From sequence record LC739535.1: DNA of 64,000 bases. One strand, written 5' to 3'. The DNA comes from Escherichia phage phiWec186. The first letter of the stretch is position 1; each line of letters begins with the position of its first letter. Under the pieces are notes generated by a model. It saw nothing but the letters and a program-made list of their open reading frames with translations. It was not told the DNA's origin and ran no database searches. The position numbers and the translations under genes were made by a program. Shown in pieces: positions 26,675 through 36,247 of the stretch.

Positions 26675-27619
26675 ATGGGACAAATTATTCTTGACAATCG
26701 TGGTGGAAAAGAATATAGTGTCTGTGATTATCACCGAGTAATGCTGCCTTACACAAGGCAGTTCTCGGCCCAACCGTCACAGAACGTATATGTCTTTAAC
26801 GGTGTCCCTACGAAAGGGAAACAAGGCTTCATAGCCCTTAAGAGCATGGGCTTTAAGATGGTAATGGATTTGGATGACTCTTTAAACATTCCCCAAGGCC
26901 ATATGCTGGAAGACATTTTTGATGCAGGTATTCGAGAAGACTTGCAATGGTTCCTCGAACGCAGTGATCTTGTAACGACAACAACCCCTGCTCTCCAGGT
27001 GGAATTGTCCCAGTACAATCCTAACGTGCATATTATCCCAAATGGTTTACCGTTTGACGAGGATCAGTTTACGTTAACTCGTGATCGCTACTCCAAGTCC
27101 CCTGTAGTTTGGGCTGGAAGTGAAACACACAAGCAAGACCTGGCTCTACTACCGAACTTCGGGAGTGACTTAACGATTTGCGGATTCCGCAGAGATAGTG
27201 AAGTGTTAAGTAGTCAGCAATGGACCGATATACGTGAAAAGGTGGCTCCAAGCTGCAAATATGAGGCTGTTAGACCATATGAGAGCTATATGGAATCTTA
27301 CGACGGTCATCAGATAATGCTTGCACCTCTAACAGATAACATGTTTAATAACGCTAAGAGTAACCTGAAGATTCTGGAAGCAGGTGCCAAGGGTTTACCT
27401 TTAGTGTGTTCTCCCCGTGAAAACTACTTCACCGAAGAGTTTAAAGATTTGTTGTTCTTTGCAGAAACAAAAAGCGAGTGGGAAGATATTGTTAATTACC
27501 TGATCCAGTGTCCTGATGTGGGTATTGAAAAGGGATTAGCTTTAGCTAAGTATGTTCGTAAGCATTACCATATTGATGTGCTGAATGAACGCCGTAGATT
27601 ATTATTTGAGGAGTTATAA
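26675..27619 (+). CDS. putative glycosyltransferase (GT-B-like), tandem paralog 2
   Basis: VCDYHR..., VWAGSETHKQDL, KSNLKILEAGAKGLPLVCS; GTG at 26669 is an alternative start. Confidence 0.5.
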   Translation: MGQIILDNRGGKEYSVCDYHRVMLPYTRQFSAQPSQNVYVFNGVPTKGKQGFIALKSMGFKMVMDLDDSLNIPQGHMLEDIFDAGIREDLQWFLERSDLVTTTTPALQVELSQYNPNVHIIPNGLPFDEDQFTLTRDRYSKSPVVWAGSETHKQDLALLPNFGSDLTICGFRRDSEVLSSQQWTDIREKVAPSCKYEAVRPYESYMESYDGHQIMLAPLTDNMFNNAKSNLKILEAGAKGLPLVCSPRENYFTEEFKDLLFFAETKSEWEDIVNYLIQCPDVGIEKGLALAKYVRKHYHIDVLNERRRLLFEEL

Positions 27620-27897
27620 TGCTGAATACTTTTGATTTTGAATACACTACGAAAAGTGGTTTTAATGTTGTGGTGGAGGTTGACTATTACTACGAAGAGC
27701 CTGATCCACACTCACGGGAAAGTGATTGGGATTACCACGGCGGGTTACTGATCGACGGTATCCGTTTCTATGCGGGTCTGGAACAGATTAATGCGGAAGA
27801 CATTAACGTCACCGTAACAGAAATCGCATACCAATTCAAAAAACATATGGAGGCATTAGAAGCCGAGTACATGATGGAAACTAACGAATCATTTTAA
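27619..27897 (+). CDS. hypothetical acidic protein
   Basis: SD GAGGAG. Confidence 0.5.
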   Translation: MLNTFDFEYTTKSGFNVVVEVDYYYEEPDPHSRESDWDYHGGLLIDGIRFYAGLEQINAEDINVTVTEIAYQFKKHMEALEAEYMMETNESF

Positions 27898-27906
27898 CAG
27901 GAGAGG

Positions 27907-28551
27907 ATGACCATGAGGTTAGTACAAGGTTGGGGGATTAATGATATAGGTAGTATCCCTAAAACAGGTTTTATCCGAGTAGCTTACAGGTGTTGGTCAA
28001 GAGTTTTAGAAAGATCTCACAGTAAAGCTTGGAAGAATAAGTATCCTACATACAAGGATGTAACATGTTGCGAAGACTGGAAATATTTTTCAGTATTCAT
28101 GGACTGGATGGAGACACAACCTTGGGAAGGAAACGATTTGGATAAGGATTTGTTAGGAGATGGTAGCTTATACTCCCCTCAAACTTGTGTTTTTATACCT
28201 CCTGAAATAAATAAAGCTTTAGCTGCAAATAAAAAACAAGGAGAATTCTTATCTGGAGTCTGGTTTCAAACAAAGTCTAAAACTATGGTTAATAGTTTAA
28301 AACGTCCTTGGGCTGTTAAAGCCCATAGACAGGGTAGTAAAAAACCTGTATATTTAGGAAACTATTATTCAGAACAAGAAGCCCATAATGTGTGGTTGAC
28401 TACACGCGCAGAGGATATGTTATGGTGGTGCGACCAATGGGAAAACAACGAGAAGTATAATAAATCTTGGAAACCTGTGTTTAAAGAAGCTTTTAATAAG
28501 AAAGCTGAAGCTTATAGAGGGAGGATAAAAAATGTCATACATTGTCACTAA
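27907..28551 (+). CDS. AP2-domain homing-endonuclease-like protein, paralog 1
   Basis: Conserved N-terminal block (RCWS...CCEDWKYF...LDKDLLGDGSLYSPQTCVF) plus C-terminal AP2-like GVWFQ...LGNYYSEQEAHNVW; paralog at 33022. Confidence 0.45.
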   Translation: MTMRLVQGWGINDIGSIPKTGFIRVAYRCWSRVLERSHSKAWKNKYPTYKDVTCCEDWKYFSVFMDWMETQPWEGNDLDKDLLGDGSLYSPQTCVFIPPEINKALAANKKQGEFLSGVWFQTKSKTMVNSLKRPWAVKAHRQGSKKPVYLGNYYSEQEAHNVWLTTRAEDMLWWCDQWENNEKYNKSWKPVFKEAFNKKAEAYRGRIKNVIHCH

Positions 28552-30313
28552 GTATGGTTTTGATGTAGATTTAAGCAAAGAGGGGCACACAGGGTGTCCC
28601 CGTTGTATGAAGAACGGAAAAGATAGATCGAAGAATAACTTGATGTGTTATGGGTTGGATTCTAACGATGAGCATAAAGGAGCAAAATGCTTCGCGTGTG
28701 AGTACACAATCCCCAGCGTTGAATGGTTACGAGAGAATGGTGAAGTTTTAGAAGAAGAGGAGGATATTGTGGGTTCGGAATTTAATAAAGAGATTCATCG
28801 TAAGATTGTAGAAGAAACAGGCACTAACCCACGAGGCTACCGTGGGATCAAGGAAGAATATTCTAAATTCTACGGTGTACGTTACCAGTACAAACAAGAA
28901 GAATCTGGTGTTGTTGTGGAACATACTTTGTATCCAACAACTATCGGTAAAGAACTGGTAGGTTTTAAGCGTCGTATCCACCCTAAAGACTTCTCCAAGC
29001 CCATTGGTCAAGTAGGTAAAGATGTAGATTTGTTTGGACAAGTTCGTTTCCTTGAGCGTTCCCACACCGTAATCATTACTGGTGGTGAACATGATGCCTT
29101 GGCAGCATATCAAATGTTGGCAGAAGGTCTTGACAGGAAATATGAATTACCAGCAGTAGTTAGTGGCACAACTGGTGAAACCAGTATGTACAAACAGGTA
29201 CAGGCACAGTACCCTTTCTTTGAGAAGTTCAAGAAGATCATCGTCTGCATGGATAATGATAAGGCAGGTAAAGAAGCTTTTGAGAACATTGTGAAGGTGT
29301 TGCCTCGTAATAAAGTTTACCTGATGAAGATGGAACTGAAAGATGCTAATGAATACCTGGTGCAAGATAAAGCAAAAGATTTTGTGAAAGCTTATTGGGG
29401 TGCAAAACTTTATACCCCAGCGGGTGTTTATGCTTCGAACGAACTTTATGAAGCTGCAATGGACTGTCTGGATGCACAAGTGATCACCCTCCCTCCGTTC
29501 ATGCGTACTGCTGCGAACATGTTGGGTGGTGGTCTGGTAGAAGAAGAGATCACAGTTATTCTGGCTAAAACGAGTATCGGTAAGACGTTGATGGTCAATG
29601 AGATCACCAAACACATTATCGTGGCTCATCCAGAACATGTGCTGGGTATTCTGTCTCTGGAGGCAACGTATAAGAAATACTCCCGTAACCTTCTTTCTTC
29701 GTTCCTGCATATTCCTTTGCATCGTAAGACTAAGGAAGAAAAGGCTGCGATCCTGGAAGAGAACAAGGAAGCTATCAATAACTTCTACGTTCGTGAAGAT
29801 GGTTCTCCTCGCTTCTTTGTTTGTGATGATCGTGGTGCAGACATTGATTCAATCAAGGAGAAAGTGCTGGAGATGATCATCTACTTCGGCATTACCATCC
29901 TGGTAATTGACCCATACTCGGATCTGTTGTCGGGGATGAGTGTTCAGGAACAAGAAGAGTTGGCAACGTGGTTGAAGCGCATCATGAAAGAATACGGCAT
30001 CACGATCATTGTAATCTCGCACGTTAAGAAAGCTGCCAACAATGGTAACGAACACTTAACAGAAGATGATGCAATGGGTAGTAGCTTCTTGGCTAAAGGC
30101 GCAGGTATTACACTGGCACTGGAACGAGATAAGGCTAACGATGACCCCGTACTTAGAAACACAACTTTTTGTTATATTCTCAAAAACCGAGAGTTTTCAG
30201 AAACTGGTCCGGCTGGGGAGTTTTATTACGATATTAAAACTGCCACGCTACACGACAAAGCACAGTATTTTGCTAACCCTGATAATGCAGGTGGTGCAGA
30301 AGGCGCGTATTGA
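28532..30313 (+). CDS. DNA primase/helicase (T7 gp4-like)
   Basis: N-terminal Zn finger CPRCM...CFACEY, TOPRIM-like IIVCMDNDKAGKEA, DnaB-type Walker A AKTSIGKT. Confidence 0.8.
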   Translation: MSYIVTKYGFDVDLSKEGHTGCPRCMKNGKDRSKNNLMCYGLDSNDEHKGAKCFACEYTIPSVEWLRENGEVLEEEEDIVGSEFNKEIHRKIVEETGTNPRGYRGIKEEYSKFYGVRYQYKQEESGVVVEHTLYPTTIGKELVGFKRRIHPKDFSKPIGQVGKDVDLFGQVRFLERSHTVIITGGEHDALAAYQMLAEGLDRKYELPAVVSGTTGETSMYKQVQAQYPFFEKFKKIIVCMDNDKAGKEAFENIVKVLPRNKVYLMKMELKDANEYLVQDKAKDFVKAYWGAKLYTPAGVYASNELYEAAMDCLDAQVITLPPFMRTAANMLGGGLVEEEITVILAKTSIGKTLMVNEITKHIIVAHPEHVLGILSLEATYKKYSRNLLSSFLHIPLHRKTKEEKAAILEENKEAINNFYVREDGSPRFFVCDDRGADIDSIKEKVLEMIIYFGITILVIDPYSDLLSGMSVQEQEELATWLKRIMKEYGITIIVISHVKKAANNGNEHLTEDDAMGSSFLAKGAGITLALERDKANDDPVLRNTTFCYILKNREFSETGPAGEFYYDIKTATLHDKAQYFANPDNAGGAEGAY

Positions 30314-30321
30314 TTCAGAAG

Positions 30322-30345
30322 GGGCGCAAGCCCCTCTTGACTTTT
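30322..30345 (+). terminator. hairpin, possible terminator
   Basis: aggggc-gcaa-gcccct then T-rich; overlaps a TTGACT. Confidence 0.35.
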
Positions 30346-30396
30346 GATTGAGGAATGTGATACCCTTCAGGTTGAGTTACATAATATGGAGGACTA

Positions 30397-32994
30397 ATGA
30401 GTAAGTTTACATGGGATATTGAAGCAACCGCATTACTGAACAATGACACAATTGATTACCTGGCAAGCCCTTATCGATTGAAAGACACTTTTGGTATGCA
30501 TTGTATTTGTCTGGAAAACCACGAAACAGGAGAGATCATTGCTTTTCACGATGGTCCTAAGTACATTTTCGATGGTCGTCCTTATGAAGAGTCTGACGGT
30601 AAGTACACTTATGTACTGAAGGAGTATGTGGCACAAGAATACACACACTTTCCTCTGTCAGATTTTCCAGATTTTGTCAACCATACAGGCAAGTTCGCAG
30701 ATAAGCCTGAATACCTCGTAGAAATGGCTGTAGCCCACAACGGCATCAACTATGACCACTTGGCAGTTAAGCTTTACTACGGGCTGAATTACAGCGTTAA
30801 ATACAATACTTGGGGTGATTCGAAAGTTAAGATTATTGATACCCTGATCCTTAGTAAAGTATTGAACCCTGATCGCAAGGTTGATGGTAAACCTGGGCAC
30901 AACTTGAATGCTCTTTCTAAAAAAGCTGGCGGTGATGTTAAGATTGATTTCCGTAAAGAGCTTCCAGAAGGAGAACGATTCAAGACTTTCGCAGCAGATA
31001 TGTTGTACTACTGTATCTACGACAACAAGGCAACTACAGCAGTATATTATTACCTCATGGAAGAATGGGGCGATTATAAGAAGTGGCAAGAGCCGTTCGA
31101 CTTGGAGCAACGTATTGCGGATATCATCACCCGTCAAGAACACCGTGGCTTTAAGTTCAACATGCAACAAGCTGAACAGAACCTGGAATTCTTGGACAAA
31201 GAAATGGAACGTCTACGTTTGTTGGTAGAGCCTATTCTTCCACCTAAGCCAGCGACTAAAGGTTATCTGAAAGATTTTATTCCGCCGAAACTTCAAATCA
31301 AGAAGAACGGTGAGCCAACAAACCATATCATCAGGTTTGCGGAGAAACATGGCGGTAGCCTTGAAGAACGTGAAGGTGATTGGTGGCTGCTTGTTTTAGA
31401 TAAAGAGTTTAAGTTACCGATCTCAAGTGAAGAACCTATTTGTGAACCTACCATTCCGTCTACGCTGAATGATACGACACACATTAAAAACTGGCTTGTA
31501 GGTTTAGGTTGGGTTCCGTCTGAATATAAAGACAAGGATTTGACGCTTAAATCTGGTTCGAAGATCAAGAAAGATCCTGACGACTTAGAGAAAGGTATTC
31601 TGTCTTATGTCAAACAGACCTTGGAAAGCAATTTCTGTAATGACCGTTGCGAACACTTACAAGCCGATGCTGAAACACTGGAGCTTAGAATCCGTGAACG
31701 TCTGGCTAAAGGGAAAGGTCGTGGTCTTAAAGTGCTGACCAACCCATGCTTCACGAAGGGGCAGGAGAAAGAGATTTGTCCTAATCTTGAAGCACTGGGC
31801 GAGAAGTTCCCGTATGCCACACAGATTGTGCAGTACCTGACGTACAAACATCGTCGAAACTCTATTTTGGGCGGTGGTGCAGATTGGGAAGACGATGAGG
31901 AAGATCAAGAATACGACAAAGGTTTCTTGGCAGCAGTTCGTGCCGATGGTCGTATAGCGACTCCAGCGGCTACATGTGACGCTGCAACATCTCGTATGAA
32001 GCATCGCTCTGTTGCTAACGTTCCTCGCGTTACATCGTTGTTTGGGTACGAAATGCGTAACTTGTTTGGGGTAGAAACACCGCGTTACTTCCAGATCGGT
32101 TATGACTTTGACTCCTTGGAAGCAAAGATTGAGTCGCATTATTGTTGGCGCTACGAACCGGAGCCTCATGAATACTGTAACGCTCTCTTGTTGGAGAAGC
32201 CTAACGATGTTCATACCATGATGGCAAGACGTATCACAGAAACTATTGGACGTAAGTTTGAACGTAGTCCAGCTAAATCTGTTAAATACGGGATTACATA
32301 TGGAGCACAGGCAGACAAAGTTGCTAAGACAATTGGTAGTGATAAGTACACAGGACAACTGGTATTTGATGCGTTCTGGGAAGCAGCTTTCCCGTTAGCA
32401 CAACTGAAAGAGAAGTTGAATGCTTTCTGGGTTAACACTGGCAAGCAGTATGTTCTCGGTATTGATGGACGTAAAGTTCCAACACGATCTGCACATGCAA
32501 TCTTAAACTCCTTGTTCCAAAGTGGCGGGGTTATCTGTGCCAAGCGTGCAATGGTAATCTATGACGATATGATTGAAGAGGAAGGTTTAGCTGTTGACTT
32601 CTTCGTAGATGACTGGAAGAATAAAGAGTTCGTTCAGCAAATGATTGCTTACCACGATGAAGCGCAGCTTGAAGTATCTCGTAACTTGGTGGAATTTAAA
32701 TGGTTCTCCAAAGAGTCTTTAGGTTGGGTTAAAGTGGATGACGAGAAAGAGCAGAAGAAAATAGATGCGGAATGTCTTGCAAAAGCTAATGAATGGAAGC
32801 ATAATAAAGAGAAAGAGACAGGGCAGATTTGGGCTAACGTTCACGAATCACCTAAAGGTGGTTGGTTTACCGCTTATAGTCGTGCCGGAGAACTTGCTTC
32901 TCTTGCTGTTATCAAAGCTGGGGAATATTACAAACTAAACGTTCAGCTTACCGCTGGATACGATGTTGGTAGTTCCTGGGCCAGTTGTCATTGA
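30397..32994 (+). CDS. DNA polymerase, family A (T7-type)
   Basis: Exo I WDIEATAL near the N-terminus, motif B RSPAKSVKYGITYGA, motif C IAYHDEAQ. Confidence 0.85.
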   Translation: MSKFTWDIEATALLNNDTIDYLASPYRLKDTFGMHCICLENHETGEIIAFHDGPKYIFDGRPYEESDGKYTYVLKEYVAQEYTHFPLSDFPDFVNHTGKFADKPEYLVEMAVAHNGINYDHLAVKLYYGLNYSVKYNTWGDSKVKIIDTLILSKVLNPDRKVDGKPGHNLNALSKKAGGDVKIDFRKELPEGERFKTFAADMLYYCIYDNKATTAVYYYLMEEWGDYKKWQEPFDLEQRIADIITRQEHRGFKFNMQQAEQNLEFLDKEMERLRLLVEPILPPKPATKGYLKDFIPPKLQIKKNGEPTNHIIRFAEKHGGSLEEREGDWWLLVLDKEFKLPISSEEPICEPTIPSTLNDTTHIKNWLVGLGWVPSEYKDKDLTLKSGSKIKKDPDDLEKGILSYVKQTLESNFCNDRCEHLQADAETLELRIRERLAKGKGRGLKVLTNPCFTKGQEKEICPNLEALGEKFPYATQIVQYLTYKHRRNSILGGGADWEDDEEDQEYDKGFLAAVRADGRIATPAATCDAATSRMKHRSVANVPRVTSLFGYEMRNLFGVETPRYFQIGYDFDSLEAKIESHYCWRYEPEPHEYCNALLLEKPNDVHTMMARRITETIGRKFERSPAKSVKYGITYGAQADKVAKTIGSDKYTGQLVFDAFWEAAFPLAQLKEKLNAFWVNTGKQYVLGIDGRKVPTRSAHAILNSLFQSGGVICAKRAMVIYDDMIEEEGLAVDFFVDDWKNKEFVQQMIAYHDEAQLEVSRNLVEFKWFSKESLGWVKVDDEKEQKKIDAECLAKANEWKHNKEKETGQIWANVHESPKGGWFTAYSRAGELASLAVIKAGEYYKLNVQLTAGYDVGSSWASCH

Positions 32995-33021
32995 CATTTA
33001 CTTGATTTTAAAGGAGTTTTT

Positions 33022-33618
33022 ATGCTTACTGTATATGGTGAAGGTATTAATGATCTGGAGGGTGAGAGCACTCTACCTGGTAGTAAGAAACTGACTCCTC
33101 ATTATATGAAATGGATGGCTATGTTGGGGAGGTGTTACTCCCCTTGCCAACAAGAACGTGATCCTTGTTATCATGGGGTGCTGGTCTGTGAAGAATGGAA
33201 GCTGTTTTCCAACTTCTATGCTTGGTTAAAAACTTGGGAAGAGTGGGAGAAATTAGAATTAGACAAGGATATTATTGGAGGGGGAGTTTACTCCCCTAAC
33301 ACCTGCCTTTTAGTAACAGGAGATCTTAACAAGTTCTTAGCTTATAGAGTGAGTAAAAGATCTCATGGAACTATGGTAGGTTTACATTACGAAAAAGATC
33401 GTAAGAAGTATAAAGCCAATATTAAAACAGGCTCACGCATGGTAACACTTGGACGTTTTGATACTGAACTTGAGGCGCATCTTTGTTGGTTGAAAGCTAA
33501 AGCAGAACAACTTACAAAGTTTTTTGAAACAGAAGACAAAAGAGTTGTTCCACATCTTAAAGCATTGTATAATGATATGCTTGAACATATTGAACAACGT
33601 AAGGAGTGGACACGATAG
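33022..33618 (+). CDS. AP2-domain homing-endonuclease-like protein, paralog 2
   Basis: LGRCYS...VCEEWKLF...LDKDIIGGGVYSPNTCLLV plus AP2-like GLHYEK...LGRFDTELEAHLCW. Confidence 0.45.
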   Translation: MLTVYGEGINDLEGESTLPGSKKLTPHYMKWMAMLGRCYSPCQQERDPCYHGVLVCEEWKLFSNFYAWLKTWEEWEKLELDKDIIGGGVYSPNTCLLVTGDLNKFLAYRVSKRSHGTMVGLHYEKDRKKYKANIKTGSRMVTLGRFDTELEAHLCWLKAKAEQLTKFFETEDKRVVPHLKALYNDMLEHIEQRKEWTR

Positions 33619-33626
33619 GAGGGTAT

Positions 33627-33821
33627 ATGCGTTACGATTTAGATTACTTTGGTATGCCTTACCTACCCGATGAGTTCGCAGATGAGGCGGAAGATCGTGA
33701 GTGGGATGATGGGGATATCCGTTGTTGGTCTTGTGGTAAAGACATGTCTTACGAACAACACATGCACAACGATGGCTTCTGTCCGCACTGTCAGAATGAA
33801 ATAGATTTAGAGGAGGACTAA
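33627..33821 (+). CDS. small zinc-ribbon protein
   Basis: CWSCG...CPHCQ; ATG at 33627 after AGGAGGG. Confidence 0.45.
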   Translation: MRYDLDYFGMPYLPDEFADEAEDREWDDGDIRCWSCGKDMSYEQHMHNDGFCPHCQNEIDLEED

Positions 33822-33823
33822 TA

Positions 33824-33991
33824 ATGACTTCCGGTATTATGATCTGTTATAAGATCGTTCGTATTGTTGGGGATGAAGTTACTACTCGCCACTTTATGAT
33901 TGAAAATCATGCTGATGAGGTGTATAATGATTGGCTGGAACAAGGCGGATACGACTTCGTATCTAAAGAAACTTTCCACTTAGAAGTATAA
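33824..33991 (+). CDS. hypothetical small protein
   Basis: 55 aa ORF not in the track; SD GAGGAGGA. Confidence 0.4.
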   Translation: MTSGIMICYKIVRIVGDEVTTRHFMIENHADEVYNDWLEQGGYDFVSKETFHLEV

Positions 33992-34000
33992 GGAGAAGAA

Positions 34001-34219
34001 ATGCGTAAATTAGTGAGTTTTAATGTTTCAATTCTGATTGATGAACAAAATGAAGATGTTATTAAAGGTCTTGCAAATAAGATTGAAGGTGGAATGACGG
34101 AAGCAGAAGTATGGGAAGAATGTGCTCGACTTTATGAAGCAGGTGTTCTTGAAGTCTTGGAAGATGAGATTAATATGGATGATGTTGTTAAAGTAACTGT
34201 GGAGCGTATCAATGACTAA
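34001..34219 (+). CDS. hypothetical protein
   Basis: SD AAGGAGAAG. Confidence 0.5.
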   Translation: MRKLVSFNVSILIDEQNEDVIKGLANKIEGGMTEAEVWEECARLYEAGVLEVLEDEINMDDVVKVTVERIND

Positions 34220-34817
34220 ATCAAGCCAGATTACCCTTGCCCGTGAGATCCTTACTGTTCTTAAGATTGCTGATCCTCGTTCAATCCTGGCAGGTGGCGC
34301 GGTCCGTGATTGGTACATGCTGGACATTGCAGGGCGAGATCTGGACTTCTATACATCATTCCAGCCACACCGAAACATAGATCAGGTGATTACGTTTATC
34401 AAAGAGAATCTTAAAGGCACCAATGTAACCGTGTTAGGTCAGGAGGAAATGGGTGACAACTATGAGTCTATGATCGGACTGAAACATGTGTTTGAGTTTA
34501 TCCGTGATGATCAGGTTTGCAATCTCATGATCATGGAACCATGCTACATGAGCAACATCCTGAAAAACTTTGATCTTTCTGTTTGCAAAGCTTCGTTTGA
34601 TGGTGTAGAATATTACTTCGATCCTGACTTCCTGGTAACAGATGCAACAAATATTTGCTTCGTGCATAAGGATGTTAAAGTGGATGCGAAACACGTCCGT
34701 AAGATCGCGGATCGCTTCCCGCACATGCGTTTTGTACGTGACTTGGATGTGCAGCGTCGCACGCAAGATAAGGCTCTACCAAAGTTCGAAGATACTGATG
34801 AAGATATTCCTTGGTAA
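34212..34817 (+). CDS. Pol-beta-superfamily nucleotidyltransferase (CCA-adding / poly(A) polymerase head-domain-like)
   Basis: GGAVRD and RDLDFY motifs (LAGGAVRDWYMLDIAGRDLDFY). Confidence 0.6.
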   Translation: MTKSSQITLAREILTVLKIADPRSILAGGAVRDWYMLDIAGRDLDFYTSFQPHRNIDQVITFIKENLKGTNVTVLGQEEMGDNYESMIGLKHVFEFIRDDQVCNLMIMEPCYMSNILKNFDLSVCKASFDGVEYYFDPDFLVTDATNICFVHKDVKVDAKHVRKIADRFPHMRFVRDLDVQRRTQDKALPKFEDTDEDIPW

Positions 34818-34861
34818 TAAAGCTTGACTTTCACTAATCTTTTATGATAGGATGACAATCA

Positions 34862-35257
34862 ATGACTGAACGTTCAAAAGTAAGTGTTGAAACTGAATAC
34901 AGCGAATACCTGAACAGTTTGATACTTGTTGAAAAAGATGTAATAGGTCTGGATAACTCGTTCTTCTTTCAAATCCTGATAGGTAAGGGTGGACACCGAA
35001 AGTTATTCTCTCGCGTGGAAGACTCTGACCTATCCGAAACTGAAATAACGGTTAAAGAACTTATTAGCCTACAGGATAACATCCGAAAAGTTATTGACAC
35101 AGCCGGGAACGCTGTTACAATAAAACTCGACATGCATTCTGTGCAATTTGTTCATTTTCCGAATGGAGAAATTGGAGTTGGAATAGGTAAAGGTAAGTAC
35201 CTTTTAGAAAAAGAAAACGCAGAGCTTCTTCGTGAGTTCTGTGCAAAAACAATGTGA
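34862..35257 (+). CDS. hypothetical protein
   Basis: 131 aa ORF; weak SD. Confidence 0.45.
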   Translation: MTERSKVSVETEYSEYLNSLILVEKDVIGLDNSFFFQILIGKGGHRKLFSRVEDSDLSETEITVKELISLQDNIRKVIDTAGNAVTIKLDMHSVQFVHFPNGEIGVGIGKGKYLLEKENAELLREFCAKTM

Positions 35258-35274
35258 ATATAGAGGAGATAATA

Positions 35275-36183
35275 ATGTCCGTAATTAATACTGAAACTGA
35301 TCGTAAAGGCAAAACTGTAACTTATGCAACTGGTGTTGTAGACTACGTTAAACTGGATAAATTCGCAGAGCCTAAAACCTTCCAATGGGATGGTAAGTCG
35401 ATTGTTTCTACTCACCGTGCTTCACTCGTTCTGAAAGAAAAGGGTGCCAAGCAGGATGCAAAAGGGACGTGGATTAGCCTGGGTGATATTGAACTGAAAG
35501 AAGGTTACGAAAATCTTCAGGTTAAAGATGGTGATACTTGGATCACTATCGAAAAAGGTGTTGAAGTTAGTATTGATATCGACAAAGTTGATACCAAAGG
35601 CGACAAAACTTACTACAATACCAAGAAATCTCGTATCACTGTTCTTTCTACTGAAGGTGTTCAGAAGAAAGAAAATAAATCTGGTGGGACTGGCGTTTCA
35701 GGTAATACTGGAAACAAACAATCCTTCAAAAAACGTGATACCGTAGGTCTTGAGACTGGTCATGCAGTTAACGGAGCTTTGGAACTGATTCGTAATGGTG
35801 TGAAAGGTGAAGCGTTTGATATTGCAGGTGTGGTTCAGTCTGCTACTGTGACTCTGAAAGCTGAAGTGGCTAAAGAGCGTGGCGTAGATATCAGTGATTA
35901 TGATCTGGGGGCTTCTGTTGGTCACGCTGTTCTGAATGCCTGTAAAGATCATTCCGGTAAGACTGTTTCGGTAGAAGATTTGATTGAAACTGCTCGTGAA
36001 GTTCTGGCACTTTCTGACAAGGTAGCTAATGCCATTCGTGGCGCAGCAGAACAACCTAAGAAAGAAGAAGCCAAGAAAGAGCCTAAGAAGGAAGAACCGA
36101 AGCAGGAGCCTAAACAAGAACCTGCTCCTCAACAAAATCCAGAAGAACCTCCAATGGACTTCGATGATGATATTCCATTCTGA
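35275..36183 (+). CDS. ssDNA-binding-like protein with E. coli SSB-type C-terminal tip
   Basis: Ends in PPMDFDDDIPF after a Pro/Glu/Lys-rich linker; ATG at 35275 after AGAGGAG. Confidence 0.55.
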   Translation: MSVINTETDRKGKTVTYATGVVDYVKLDKFAEPKTFQWDGKSIVSTHRASLVLKEKGAKQDAKGTWISLGDIELKEGYENLQVKDGDTWITIEKGVEVSIDIDKVDTKGDKTYYNTKKSRITVLSTEGVQKKENKSGGTGVSGNTGNKQSFKKRDTVGLETGHAVNGALELIRNGVKGEAFDIAGVVQSATVTLKAEVAKERGVDISDYDLGASVGHAVLNACKDHSGKTVSVEDLIETAREVLALSDKVANAIRGAAEQPKKEEAKKEPKKEEPKQEPKQEPAPQQNPEEPPMDFDDDIPF

Positions 36184-36211
36184 TCTTATTGATTTATAAA
36201 GAGTTTTTATA

Positions 36212-36247
36212 AAAGAAAAGGGAACCTTTGCGGGTTCCCTTTTTTAT
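36212..36247. terminator. bidirectional rho-independent terminator at the strand switch
   Basis: A-run, gggaacc/ggttccc hairpin, T-run; lies between convergent genes. Confidence 0.7.

Noticed and set aside
29147-29722. 191-aa minus-strand ORF
   Set aside because: Antisense within the primase-helicase gene.
31657-32358. 233-aa minus-strand ORF
   Set aside because: Antisense within the DNA polymerase gene.
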